A DNA stretch of 64,000 nucleotides, from NCBI GenBank assembly GCA_963764725.1, contig CAVXTM010000009.1, positions 96,001 to 160,000 of the forward strand, written 5' to 3'. Below, piece after piece: positions 49,398-58,451 of this stretch; positions within the stretch are counted from its first letter, which is position 1, and each line of letters starts with the position of its first letter. This DNA is from an uncultured Gammaproteobacteria bacterium. Its GTDB lineage: Bacteria; Pseudomonadota; Gammaproteobacteria; JACCXJ01. The notes under the pieces are model-generated. The model did not search any database. It was given only the letters and a program-made list of their open reading frames with translations, and had not been told where the DNA came from. Both the position numbers and the translations under genes were made by a program.

Positions 49398-51716
49398 TCA
49401 GCTCGCGCGGGTTAAGACACGGGGGCGAAAAAAAGAGCGCGGCGCGGTGACCGCACCCGACCAGTTGCAGCCTACTAAGGCCTCGGCCAAGGGGGCCGCT
49501 TCGCCAATGGCAAAGCCCTGCGCGTAGTCGATCCCGATGGCCCTTAGGGTTTCGAGTAGCGACTCGCTTTCGACACATTCTGCAATCGTCTTGATTCCCA
49601 TTAGATGGGCAACACGACTGATAGCTTCCACCATTTCGCGATCCACCGGATCGCGCATCACATCGCGGATGAAGCGACCATCGATCTTGACGTAGTCGAC
49701 GGGCAGCGTTTTTAGGTAGGCGAACGAGGATAAACCGCTCCCGAAATCGTCCAAGGCAAATCGACATCCCTTGGCCTTTAACGTCGATATAAAGTTTAGG
49801 GCGCTGGTGAGGTTAGAGATCGCCGCTGTTTCGGTGATCTCAAAACAGATGCGTTCGGACGAGACCTGCGAGCATGCCAACTCATTGATTACGAAGTCTA
49901 AGAACCCCATGTTGCCGACCGACTGCCCGGACAGGTTGATGGAAAAGGTGGACTGCGCGGGACAACATTGGTCGAGTGCCGCCAGCGTCGCACGGACTAC
50001 CCAGCGGTCTATCGCCAGCATCTGGTGGAAGCGTTCCGCGGCCGGGATGAATACCCCGGGAAGGTATTGTTCCCCCGTGTCGTCGCGTAATCGCAACAAG
50101 ACCTCGCCGTCTATCTGATCCCCTGCCGCGTTCAGAGGAATAATCGGTTGAACGTAGAGTTGAAATTGATTTTCGGCTAGGGCGCGATGCAATCGAGGGA
50201 TCCATTGCATCTCGCTTTGCCGCCGCAAGAGGTCGATGTTTCCAGGCTCGAATACGTGCACTCGATCTCGGCCTTGTTCCTTGGCAGCGTAGCAAGCATT
50301 GTCAGCGGCGCTTAGCAGATAGGCCGGATCGTCGCAGGCCTCGGTGATCGGCACGACGCCGATACTTGCGCCAACTCTGAAAAGCTTGGTTCCCCACGAG
50401 TATCGGTAGTCTTGGATGTTTTCCCGGAGTTGGTTTGCGATACGTACCGCCTGGTCTAGAGGACATTCACCGAGGATCACCCCGAACTCATCGCCGCCCA
50501 ATCTTGCCAGCGTATCGCGGTCACGCAATTGGCTCTTCAGTAGAGCCGAAAGTTGTCCTAGGAGCTCATCGCCGGCGCTATGACCACAGGTATCGTTTAC
50601 TACCTTGAACTGATCGAGGTCTATGTAGCAAAGTGCGTGTTGCCGCCCTTGGTCTTTGGCATGCTTTTGCATGAGACGTAAGCGGCGCTCGAACTCCCGC
50701 CGGTTCGGAAGCCCCGTTAAGGAATCATGCGCAGCTTGGTACGCCGTCTCTTGAGCGACGAGACTGGCTTCGGTGACGTCGCGCATTATGGCGACCCAAT
50801 GGTTGATTTCTCCGCTGGGGTCGGGCACGGGATCGATGCGCAAGTTCATGACGAACGTGGAGAGGTCCTTTCGATAGGCCGTGATTTCGCCAGCAAAGGG
50901 TTTGCCGACGCGCAGCTGATCTCGCATTTGCTCTAGGACGGAGCGGTCCGTTTGTGGCCCCGCGAGCATGAATATGCTGTTGCCTTCGGTTTCCTGCAGG
51001 GTATAGCCGGTGGTGCGGGTAAAAGCGGGATTAACATAGACGATCCTGTCGCTCGAATCATCCGCTGCTACTTGAATGATTATCGTGCTGTCTTCGGTAT
51101 GCTCGATCGCCGCTTGCAGAAGGCGAAGCGTCCGCTCAGTGCGTTGTCGAACCTCGATATCGTTGCGGAGCTCGGCATTCACGCGCGCCAGCTCCGCGCT
51201 ATGTGTGCGTAAATCGCGTTCGCCTTGCCACTTGGCACTTAACGCCACCGCAAACTGATACACCTCTTGAGAGAAGAACGGTTTTTGGATGAACAAGAGT
51301 TTATCGGGGGGCTGCAGGCGCGCGCCTACCACTTGAACATCCACATCGCTATAACCCGTGACCAGCACGATGGAGATATACGGATCCAGGGCTCGCATCT
51401 GTTCTGCTGCCCAAATACCATCGAGGCCTGGAGGCATTCTTACATCCAGGAACGCTACTGAAAACGGTTGGTCGGCTATTAAAGCCTCGCGAACCGCGGC
51501 GACGGCTTGAGCGCTTTGGGAGCAAAAAGTAACGTCGAAAACGGGTTCAGCGACCGCAACCCTCTCACTCCCGAACAGATCGACTTCAAGCTTGCACAGC
51601 ATTGTCTCCCCAGGCATGCAAGCGCGCGTTGGAGAAAGGGCGTCTCGGTACGCGTCCAGGTTCGAGGTTTCATCGTCAGCGGCCAAGATACGCACGGGAC
51701 GGGGATCCGACTTCAT
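49398..51716 (-). CDS. REC-PAS-GGDEF-EAL protein
   Basis: FLDVRMPPG, PAS YVNPAF, RDRD I-site plus GGDEF, EVLLR and DDFGSG. Confidence 0.93.
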   Translation of the reverse strand: MKSDPRPVRILAADDETSNLDAYRDALSPTRACMPGETMLCKLEVDLFGSERVAVAEPVFDVTFCSQSAQAVAAVREALIADQPFSVAFLDVRMPPGLDGIWAAEQMRALDPYISIVLVTGYSDVDVQVVGARLQPPDKLLFIQKPFFSQEVYQFAVALSAKWQGERDLRTHSAELARVNAELRNDIEVRQRTERTLRLLQAAIEHTEDSTIIIQVAADDSSDRIVYVNPAFTRTTGYTLQETEGNSIFMLAGPQTDRSVLEQMRDQLRVGKPFAGEITAYRKDLSTFVMNLRIDPVPDPSGEINHWVAIMRDVTEASLVAQETAYQAAHDSLTGLPNRREFERRLRLMQKHAKDQGRQHALCYIDLDQFKVVNDTCGHSAGDELLGQLSALLKSQLRDRDTLARLGGDEFGVILGECPLDQAVRIANQLRENIQDYRYSWGTKLFRVGASIGVVPITEACDDPAYLLSAADNACYAAKEQGRDRVHVFEPGNIDLLRRQSEMQWIPRLHRALAENQFQLYVQPIIPLNAAGDQIDGEVLLRLRDDTGEQYLPGVFIPAAERFHQMLAIDRWVVRATLAALDQCCPAQSTFSINLSGQSVGNMGFLDFVINELACSQVSSERICFEITETAAISNLTSALNFISTLKAKGCRFALDDFGSGLSSFAYLKTLPVDYVKIDGRFIRDVMRDPVDREMVEAISRVAHLMGIKTIAECVESESLLETLRAIGIDYAQGFAIGEAAPLAEALVGCNWSGAVTAPRSFFRPRVLTRAS

Positions 51717-51842
51717 CGTGGTGTTAAGGCACGCCTCTCAATGTCTAGGAACATTTTAGCCATAAGGGTGCCGGACGTCGAGGGTCCTCTGCCGCTAGTG
51801 AGCCGCTTATTTTGTGGGGCCTGGCATTGGCATACCGATGTT

Positions 51843-52346
51843 TTAAGGGAGCTGAGATTGGCCACATAGTTTGCTCGCCAAGCCGACAAACTCGACCGCT
51901 AAAAACGGCTTGCTGAAAAACAACAGCTTGGCTGGTGGCGGCACCAGTCCGGCAACGGTATCGAAAGACTCATCGGAGTAAGCCGTTATGAACACAATGG
52001 TTACGTTCCCATCAAGGTTCCGAATACGCTGAGCGGTTCGTACACCATCCATCCCGGGCGGCATTCGGATATCGAGGAAGATGATCTTGAAAGGACATTG
52101 ACGCTGGAGGGCCTCTTGTACCGCCTCCAGCGCCTGTTGCCCTTGCGTGCAGGTGACGATGTCAAAGCTCATGGGATCTTGGCGCGCCGGGCTCAAATTT
52201 CCGAAGAGCCCTTGCTCCAGTTCTTCCAATAGCCTGTGCTCGGCGTCGTCCGGGTCCGGCGAAAAGGCGCGACGAAATGCCTCGAGCACCTCATCGTCAT
52301 CGTCAGCGACTAGGATCCGGCAACGTTGATCGGCGGTTGCATTCAT
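51843..52346 (-). CDS. Single-domain response regulator
   Basis: ILVADDD..FLDIRMPPGMDG..ITAYS..SKPF. Confidence 0.88.
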   Translation of the reverse strand: MNATADQRCRILVADDDDEVLEAFRRAFSPDPDDAEHRLLEELEQGLFGNLSPARQDPMSFDIVTCTQGQQALEAVQEALQRQCPFKIIFLDIRMPPGMDGVRTAQRIRNLDGNVTIVFITAYSDESFDTVAGLVPPPAKLLFFSKPFLAVEFVGLASKLCGQSQLP

Positions 52347-52371
52347 AAGCCCAACGTCGATCTAAGCGCTT

Positions 52372-54321
52372 CTATAACGGGATCAAGATGTGAAAAACCG
52401 TCCCTTGCATCGCATTCTCTACAGAGATCTTGCCCCCCATATTGTTGAGCGTATTGGCACACCAGTGTAGTCCTAGCCCGCCCTTCCCATTGGCTTTTGT
52501 CGTAAAACCTCTCTGGAAGATGGTCTGCTGATGCCCAGGCTCGATCCCCGCGCCATTATCGCGAATGGTTACGCGGAGCATCGGCTCGGCCCCGTCTTTC
52601 TCATGTTCGGCCGTCACCTGAATTATCCCCGCGACTCTCTGCGCACGCCGGATGGCTTCGACCGCATTTAGGAGCACGTTGGTTATGACCTGCACTAAGG
52701 CGATGCGGCGCGTGGCAATGGTCCCGACAACCTCTACGTTCGGATCGATCTGTATCCAAGGTCGGATCGCCGCGTGGTCTGGCAACAGGCTAATAGCTTC
52801 GTCGATTATCGCGGCCACGGTTGTCGATTCGATGATCGGATCGCTACGGCTGAGGCGTTCCTGATCGGTGATGATCCGCTCGATATGTGCCAGGTGCTGT
52901 AGAGTTTGGTAGATCTCCTCGATGGCCTGCTGGCGTTGGTGGGCATGTTGTTTCAAGGCGAGCTGGGCGTACTCGATGAGCTTACGGCGACGATCCTCTG
53001 GGATTTCCATGCCTCCTAGCTCCTGGACCGCAGTCGGCAGCCGTAAGCCCGGCGGCTCTCGCAACTTGCTGATCAGTTGTCCAAGTCGGCTGGTAAGAGG
53101 GGTCAGGGCATTACGAATATTATGCAGCACCCCCGCGGCACTGTCGGCGATCCCGGCCTTATACGAATGCATGAGAATGGTTCGCTTCGCGATCGCCAAC
53201 CTATCCTGCATCTGTTTGAACTCGCGCTCGAGCGTCCCCACCTCGTCATGGCGGGCGGTCATTAGGTGTTTTGTAAGATCCCCGCTTTGGCCGACGTAGA
53301 GGACATGTCGCGTTAAGGTCAAGATGGGGGCCAGGATCATGTAGCGCAACAGCAACCATACCACCAGCACGACCAACGCACTGGCCATTAACAGCGAGAA
53401 GAGCGCTGCCCTGATGGTCTGCGCGCCAGCGGCGGTGGCGACTCGCGGTGTATCTACACGTAGCAATAACAGCGGCTTCCCGTGAATATCCCGCAACAGG
53501 CTAAAGGCGCGCACTACCTGGTCGGTCTCCACGTATTCCACCGTGGCTTTTCCGGCTTTCAATGACCTCGCCGTCGCTTTGTAGGGCTCGGGGAGCGCGG
53601 CTTCGATGGCAGAATATACGGCTACATTGACCTTGGACCGCTCCTCCAGGGCGGCGATGTGTTTTCGATCCAGGAATCGGCCGAATACGCATGTTCCGGC
53701 TACGGGGCCCTCGTGGTTGGTGGTCAATATGGGGAAGGACGATACCAGCATCGGGCTCCATTCGGTTCCGAGGAGCCCTTTGATTGAGCTATCGAGCGAG
53801 GCATGCGACATCATTAGCGCATTCGGTGGCCCCCCTGCCGGGAATGCCGCCGCCATCGGTATTTCGCGATTATCCTTCAGAGACGCGAGCCGCCCCCATA
53901 CTAATCGCTCAGATTGGTCAAAGAACAGCATCATGTTGAGTTCATTGTCCTGCATCCACGAGCCCTCGAGGTTGGTCGCGACATAGGCTGGATTGGACCC
54001 GCTAAGAAACTGGTGGGTCTCGTCCCAGTGGCTCCAATTCAAGTTGATCTTCGCGACCGTCTTGAGGTCGTCAGCGACCAGCTCCGCAACGCGCGTCATG
54101 TTCCTGGCCGCGCTTCCTTGATCGAGTTGCTGGAATACGGGGAACATCACGTAGTTCATGGTGATCTGTGAGAGGCCAAGATAGACCATGAGTAGCGTCG
54201 CCAACACCACGAGCACCTTGGTACGGAGCGAGACCGTGGTGCTCATAACGGAGTCATCGCTCGATGGGCTATGACCCATCGCAGAGCGAACAGAGGGTTT
54301 GCGAAAAATGTGCATAATCAT
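52372..54321 (-). CDS. CHASE4-HAMP sensor histidine kinase (start may be 54246)
   Basis: WSHWDET CHASE4 motif, two TMs, HAMP, VLHNIRN H-box, NVLLNA, DNGAG and GLGLH. Confidence 0.88.
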   Translation of the reverse strand: MIMHIFRKPSVRSAMGHSPSSDDSVMSTTVSLRTKVLVVLATLLMVYLGLSQITMNYVMFPVFQQLDQGSAARNMTRVAELVADDLKTVAKINLNWSHWDETHQFLSGSNPAYVATNLEGSWMQDNELNMMLFFDQSERLVWGRLASLKDNREIPMAAAFPAGGPPNALMMSHASLDSSIKGLLGTEWSPMLVSSFPILTTNHEGPVAGTCVFGRFLDRKHIAALEERSKVNVAVYSAIEAALPEPYKATARSLKAGKATVEYVETDQVVRAFSLLRDIHGKPLLLLRVDTPRVATAAGAQTIRAALFSLLMASALVVLVVWLLLRYMILAPILTLTRHVLYVGQSGDLTKHLMTARHDEVGTLEREFKQMQDRLAIAKRTILMHSYKAGIADSAAGVLHNIRNALTPLTSRLGQLISKLREPPGLRLPTAVQELGGMEIPEDRRRKLIEYAQLALKQHAHQRQQAIEEIYQTLQHLAHIERIITDQERLSRSDPIIESTTVAAIIDEAISLLPDHAAIRPWIQIDPNVEVVGTIATRRIALVQVITNVLLNAVEAIRRAQRVAGIIQVTAEHEKDGAEPMLRVTIRDNGAGIEPGHQQTIFQRGFTTKANGKGGLGLHWCANTLNNMGGKISVENAMQGTVFHILIPL

Positions 54322-54326
54322 TATGC

Positions 54327-55697
54327 CTAAAATGAAAGGACGATCGCAATTTCGAACAAATGGTAGGTTTTATTATCCTGAAAAGCCTCCTCGGCGGCCT
54401 TTCCAGGAAAGGCCGCACCGTAAAGCGCGCTCACAGTGGCTCGCTCATTGATGGCCCAATCGATATAGACGTTTAGCTCGTCAGCGAAATGGCTTGCACT
54501 CACCGGTGTCCCGAAATAGTTGTCCGCATCAAGGGAAAAACTATAGAAAATCGCCCCGAATGCGAGATCCTCGTGGGGCAGGGTGCTCAGGTGGACCATG
54601 TGATTGACCTGATTACTATTGAAAAGCAGCCATTCGCCGGTGATTTCTCCTTGATACCAGGTTCCCCAGCCACGGCTCCAACCGTAGAACAGCGGATCAA
54701 AATCCTCCTCCGCAGTAGCGCCTAGATCGCCCCCGGAGAATTGAGCATAACGGTATCCCAGGGTCGGCGACCACGGCCAGTCGGCCAACGTGTACTGGGC
54801 CTCCGCATACCAGGCCCGTGCATCGATGGCACCGTCGTCGCCGCTGCCCGTCTCCACCGCGTATTCCGCCCATAAGGATAGATTCGGTGCTTGCGGTAAG
54901 CTTAGCTCATTGACGCGCCCGCTCACGAGGTGCATGCCTTCGCGGACGCCAAAATTTAGGGGGGTGGCGTCGAAGACATGAAGATAGGTAAGTCCGAAGG
55001 TTCCATATTCTTCTGAAACGCGCTCAATGTTGATCCCGATCAACTCCGTCAGTTCCTGGTCCGCGTCGGCCTCGAGGTAGAACACATCGCCGCGCACGGG
55101 CTGGGTGTTGATCCTGACGAGGGCTGCGCGCTTATACGAATAGCGCGGTGACAGCCAGGCAGCGCCCTTGCCCAGCTGATCAAGATCGCCGTCGTAGATT
55201 AGGAAACCGTCTCCTATCTTGAACTCCTGGCGACCATACGAGATGTCCAGAACATCGCGGGGCTCCCCATCGCCGACCAGCCCTGCGGAGCTCCATCCGA
55301 TGTAGGCTTGCTCCAGGCCGATGTCGTCGTCGCCCCCGTCGGTGAAGCCGCCTGCGTCTCCATCGCCTATCGTTGCGGTCGCGACCCCGGCCACCCCCGC
55401 ATACAAGCGACCAAGCCGATCGACCTCATAGTCGGCGCGAAGCACAGGCTTGAGGTAGGCCTCTTGCCACTCGGCGTCCCCGGTATTTGCACCGCTGCGA
55501 AGGTCGATACGGCCGAGCCCGAAATTGGTATCTTGGGTGGTGAAGTACCCAAAAGCAGCCTGCAGGCCGGCTTGGATCTCAAACCCGCCTTTTTGGAAGA
55601 CGGAAATTTCGGCCCGTACCAAGGGCGAGAATATCAACGGGATCGCGGCCCAGGCGAGCTGAGCGGCTTTTTTAGTAGTGTGGCAATGTTCCCGCAT
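54327..55697 (-). CDS. Outer-membrane beta-barrel protein (alginate export-like)
   Basis: Signal peptide ..LVRA, GRQEFKIGDGFLI, YAQFSG..FDPLFYG and a terminal Phe. Confidence 0.75.
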   Translation of the reverse strand: MREHCHTTKKAAQLAWAAIPLIFSPLVRAEISVFQKGGFEIQAGLQAAFGYFTTQDTNFGLGRIDLRSGANTGDAEWQEAYLKPVLRADYEVDRLGRLYAGVAGVATATIGDGDAGGFTDGGDDDIGLEQAYIGWSSAGLVGDGEPRDVLDISYGRQEFKIGDGFLIYDGDLDQLGKGAAWLSPRYSYKRAALVRINTQPVRGDVFYLEADADQELTELIGINIERVSEEYGTFGLTYLHVFDATPLNFGVREGMHLVSGRVNELSLPQAPNLSLWAEYAVETGSGDDGAIDARAWYAEAQYTLADWPWSPTLGYRYAQFSGGDLGATAEEDFDPLFYGWSRGWGTWYQGEITGEWLLFNSNQVNHMVHLSTLPHEDLAFGAIFYSFSLDADNYFGTPVSASHFADELNVYIDWAINERATVSALYGAAFPGKAAEEAFQDNKTYHLFEIAIVLSF

Positions 55698-55830
55698 GGT
55701 GCGCGCTAGTGGGCCGCGGCGGCGAGTCACTGGTGGTGGCCGTTATCTGTCCTCGGCGTCGGGAAGGCAATCCGCCATCGGGGCCGCGTGGATCGCATGC
55801 TGTCGTTGATCCTAACGGAGCGTTTGGATA

Positions 55831-56367
55831 CTAGCCGCGCGCGACCTTCTGCAAGGACAAGCCGGAATATCGGGCCTTGGCAAAGCTTGCCGCCTCGATC
55901 TGTGCATAATGCTCTTCAACGATGAACTGCTGCACGATGCCTCTGGCCAGATATCCCTGTTTAAGTGTTTCCGAAAGCAGGTGGAAGTCCTCGATCATGC
56001 CGCGGCATTGAGCCGCGCCGCACCGACACCGCATGGTCCAGTCTCCTTCACTCATCGTCGTTGAGTAATCGAAACGGAGCTCTTCGTGCGCGCGGATGTC
56101 GCGGAGGGCCACCAAGATGATATCGTTCATCAGACCCGTGTTGGGTTGACAGGAGTGGTTAATGTACAACCCCGGTGGCTCTACATCGATATAATGCCTG
56201 GATCCGATCTGGACGGTGTTCCCTTGTTTTTCAGCCATAGCACGAACTTGATCGACGGTAATCACATAACCCTCGAGAACCAGAATCATCTCGCCGGCAC
56301 GAATCCGTTTCAACGCGAAAAGCCCCTGGCCGATCTCGCATTCCCTTACATGCACCCTAGTGCTCAT
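55831..56367 (-). CDS. SET-domain (lysine) methyltransferase with post-SET cysteines
   Basis: GQGLFA, YINHSCQPN, EELRFDY and CRCGAAQCRG. Confidence 0.92.
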   Translation of the reverse strand: MSTRVHVRECEIGQGLFALKRIRAGEMILVLEGYVITVDQVRAMAEKQGNTVQIGSRHYIDVEPPGLYINHSCQPNTGLMNDIILVALRDIRAHEELRFDYSTTMSEGDWTMRCRCGAAQCRGMIEDFHLLSETLKQGYLARGIVQQFIVEEHYAQIEAASFAKARYSGLSLQKVARG

Positions 56368-56386
56368 CGTCTAGCCCCATACGTCA

Positions 56387-56725
56387 TCAAAGGAAGCGCC
56401 CGAGCAACATCAAGGAGGCAACAGCCATGCCGATCCCTACCACCTCTCCCAGGTCCAGGCTCTCGTTAAAAAACACGATCCCAAGCAAGGTCAAGAACAG
56501 CACGAACGAAACGGAGTACACCACGCTGGCGATTGCTAACTTGATATGCAGAAAGACAAACACCGTGCCGAAGGCAGTAGAGGCGTAGATGATCAGCCCA
56601 ACCGCGAACCACATGGTCTTAAAAGGGTCCGGAAGCTCCGCGGCGCGTTTTAAGAAATAATCCCCGACTACCGCGGTGAGGCTCAGCAAAATGGTGATGA
56701 CTATGGCAAGGGCGGGTTTACTCAT
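56387..56725 (-). CDS. Small 4-TM DMT/SMR-like transporter
   Basis: 112 aa with four hydrophobic helices, GDYFLK..FFNESL..GI. Confidence 0.75.
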   Translation of the reverse strand: MSKPALAIVITILLSLTAVVGDYFLKRAAELPDPFKTMWFAVGLIIYASTAFGTVFVFLHIKLAIASVVYSVSFVLFLTLLGIVFFNESLDLGEVVGIGMAVASLMLLGRFL

Positions 56726-56797
56726 GGCTACATTGACCGGTTGTTATTAACGGCTTGCAACGTATGGATGGCTGGCGTATGAGCGAGGAGCGCCGGG

Positions 56798-57625
56798 CTA
56801 GCGATTCGGGGCAGAGTCTCCGCACAGGCCCGGGCTCTCGCATGGCGAATGACCCGTAACGACGATCTTGCGGTTGCCGTTACCGGCGGTATAAAGTTTA
56901 AAGCTGGTCCAGGCCACGTTGTTGGTATAGTCCTTTTCCAAGAACACCCCCGCCGGATTGGCGGTGCTGACTAGATGGTAGGTTCCATTCGGTACGTCGG
57001 TGAGATCGAGGTCTTGGCCTGTTGTCGCGTGGTGGTATTGGTCCACCCAACCCGCCGACACCCCCTGATAGCCCTCGCTGCAATCCCAGAATTCGCGTTC
57101 GGAGGTGGGTGAATTCCCCTCGAGTGCGTACCAGTCGATCAAGCAAAAAGTAACCTTCACCGAGTTCTCTCCCGCAAGCACCTCCGAGGGGCCACTCTCG
57201 GGGTCGAGGGCAGGCGCGCGGATCTCGAACTGGGCGATGTCCCCGATGTGCCAGTGATTATGCGCGGGATGAAAGGCGTAGTTACTGGCCTCGCACTCTA
57301 GGACGACCTGTCCGTCTTGGTCGCGGATCTCTTGAACGGCGTGGGTTTCGTTAAGGGCAAGATCATTGACCGGTCGAACGGCCCAGGGACCGGCACCGGT
57401 GTTAGCGATCCCATTCGAGAACCGAAGGATATCGCGTTTGTCAGAATGCACTAGCTGAAGGTGCCGAGGGACCACCGTCCGTATGTCGGGATAAAGCTCG
57501 CGGGGCCCGTCCTTTCGCGCTTGCGCGCAATCCATTTCCGCCCCTTCCGCTTGCGCGCAATCCATCCCCCCCCTCAATGCTGTGGCCAACGCGATGTAAG
57601 CCGCTGCTGTCTTAGATGAAATCAT
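56798..57625 (-). CDS. Secreted lysyl oxidase-like protein
   Basis: LRFSNGIANTG, Cu-binding HNHWH, KVTFCL (candidate LTQ Lys), GWVDQY (candidate LTQ Tyr) and ANP..E.DYTNN. Confidence 0.85.
   Translation of the reverse strand: MISSKTAAAYIALATALRGGMDCAQAEGAEMDCAQARKDGPRELYPDIRTVVPRHLQLVHSDKRDILRFSNGIANTGAGPWAVRPVNDLALNETHAVQEIRDQDGQVVLECEASNYAFHPAHNHWHIGDIAQFEIRAPALDPESGPSEVLAGENSVKVTFCLIDWYALEGNSPTSEREFWDCSEGYQGVSAGWVDQYHHATTGQDLDLTDVPNGTYHLVSTANPAGVFLEKDYTNNVAWTSFKLYTAGNGNRKIVVTGHSPCESPGLCGDSAPNR
57518..57565. repeat. 18-bp direct repeat with a 30-bp period, in-frame MDCAQA x2
   Basis: CGCTTGCGCGCAATCCAT at 57518-57535 and 57548-57565. Confidence 0.85.
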
Positions 57626-57799
57626 GAGCCGTTATCCTCAGTTGCCGTAGTTAAGTTCTTAGCAATAGCGGCTGAACTGTCTTCTGAATCATTGAAAAAT
57701 CCTAACCCGCTGGGAGTCATATTTTTGGCGGATGCCGCCCGGGTGCAGCCCGCCAACACCTGAGCGGGCGTCAACACTGAGTCGCCGGCTTGCGGAAGG

Positions 57800-58150
57800 C
57801 TTACGGTCCCAGGTGGAGCGGAGTTGATAGGGATGGGCGCCCAGCACTTGCTTCGTAAACCGAATGTGGAGCGCGTGCCGATCGGGCAAGACGAAAACCG
57901 GAACCGGTGTGCCGTCCGGCCACTTGGTCTGGTGCACGAAGAAGGTAGTCCGCTGCTCGCGCCCGAGAGGCGGGTTAGAATAATTCGAGCCGGCGTAGGG
58001 TCTTACGATTGAATCAGCGCTGGCGGGGCCCGCCGGCCAGAGCAGGAGCGGCAGGAGCCCACCCAAGAGAAAGCGCGCGAGTGCAGCCCGCCGCCCACGC
58101 CCCGCGTCGAAGCACGCAACACACTTTGCTCGCAGATAGAAACCGGACAT
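57800..58150 (-). pseudogene. Truncated periplasmic binding protein-like gene
   Basis: Signal peptide ..GPASA, then KWPDGTPVPVFVLPD..H..F...LG..PYQLR..WDR. The sequence after this looks unrelated. Confidence 0.55.
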
Positions 58151-58451
58151 CTCCCTCCCCTCTCCCCGCGCGAGAAATAGTGTAGCACAGGGTTCGGTAC
58201 GTAACAGCCAATCCCGCAATGCTTCGCGCTCCAGATATCAACATCTTCGCGCCCAGCACCTCAACTCCTATCTCAACTTCCACCGCCCTTGTGACGCGGC
58301 CGGCACTGGGGAGTAGAATCACCCCGCCGGACGCTCATGCCCACCCTGGGGGCCGTCTGGCCCCTACGCGGTCCTAGGCTTGCTCGGGTCCGCAAACGGG
58401 GGGTCTAACATCCTCGCTTACGTTCGACGCCTACTCGATAGGGACGTACAG

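Noticed and set aside
57673-57790. Possible IS3-like end (TGAACTGTC..) truncating the binding-protein gene
   Set aside because: Only one candidate end, no partner IR and no convincing transposase sequence.
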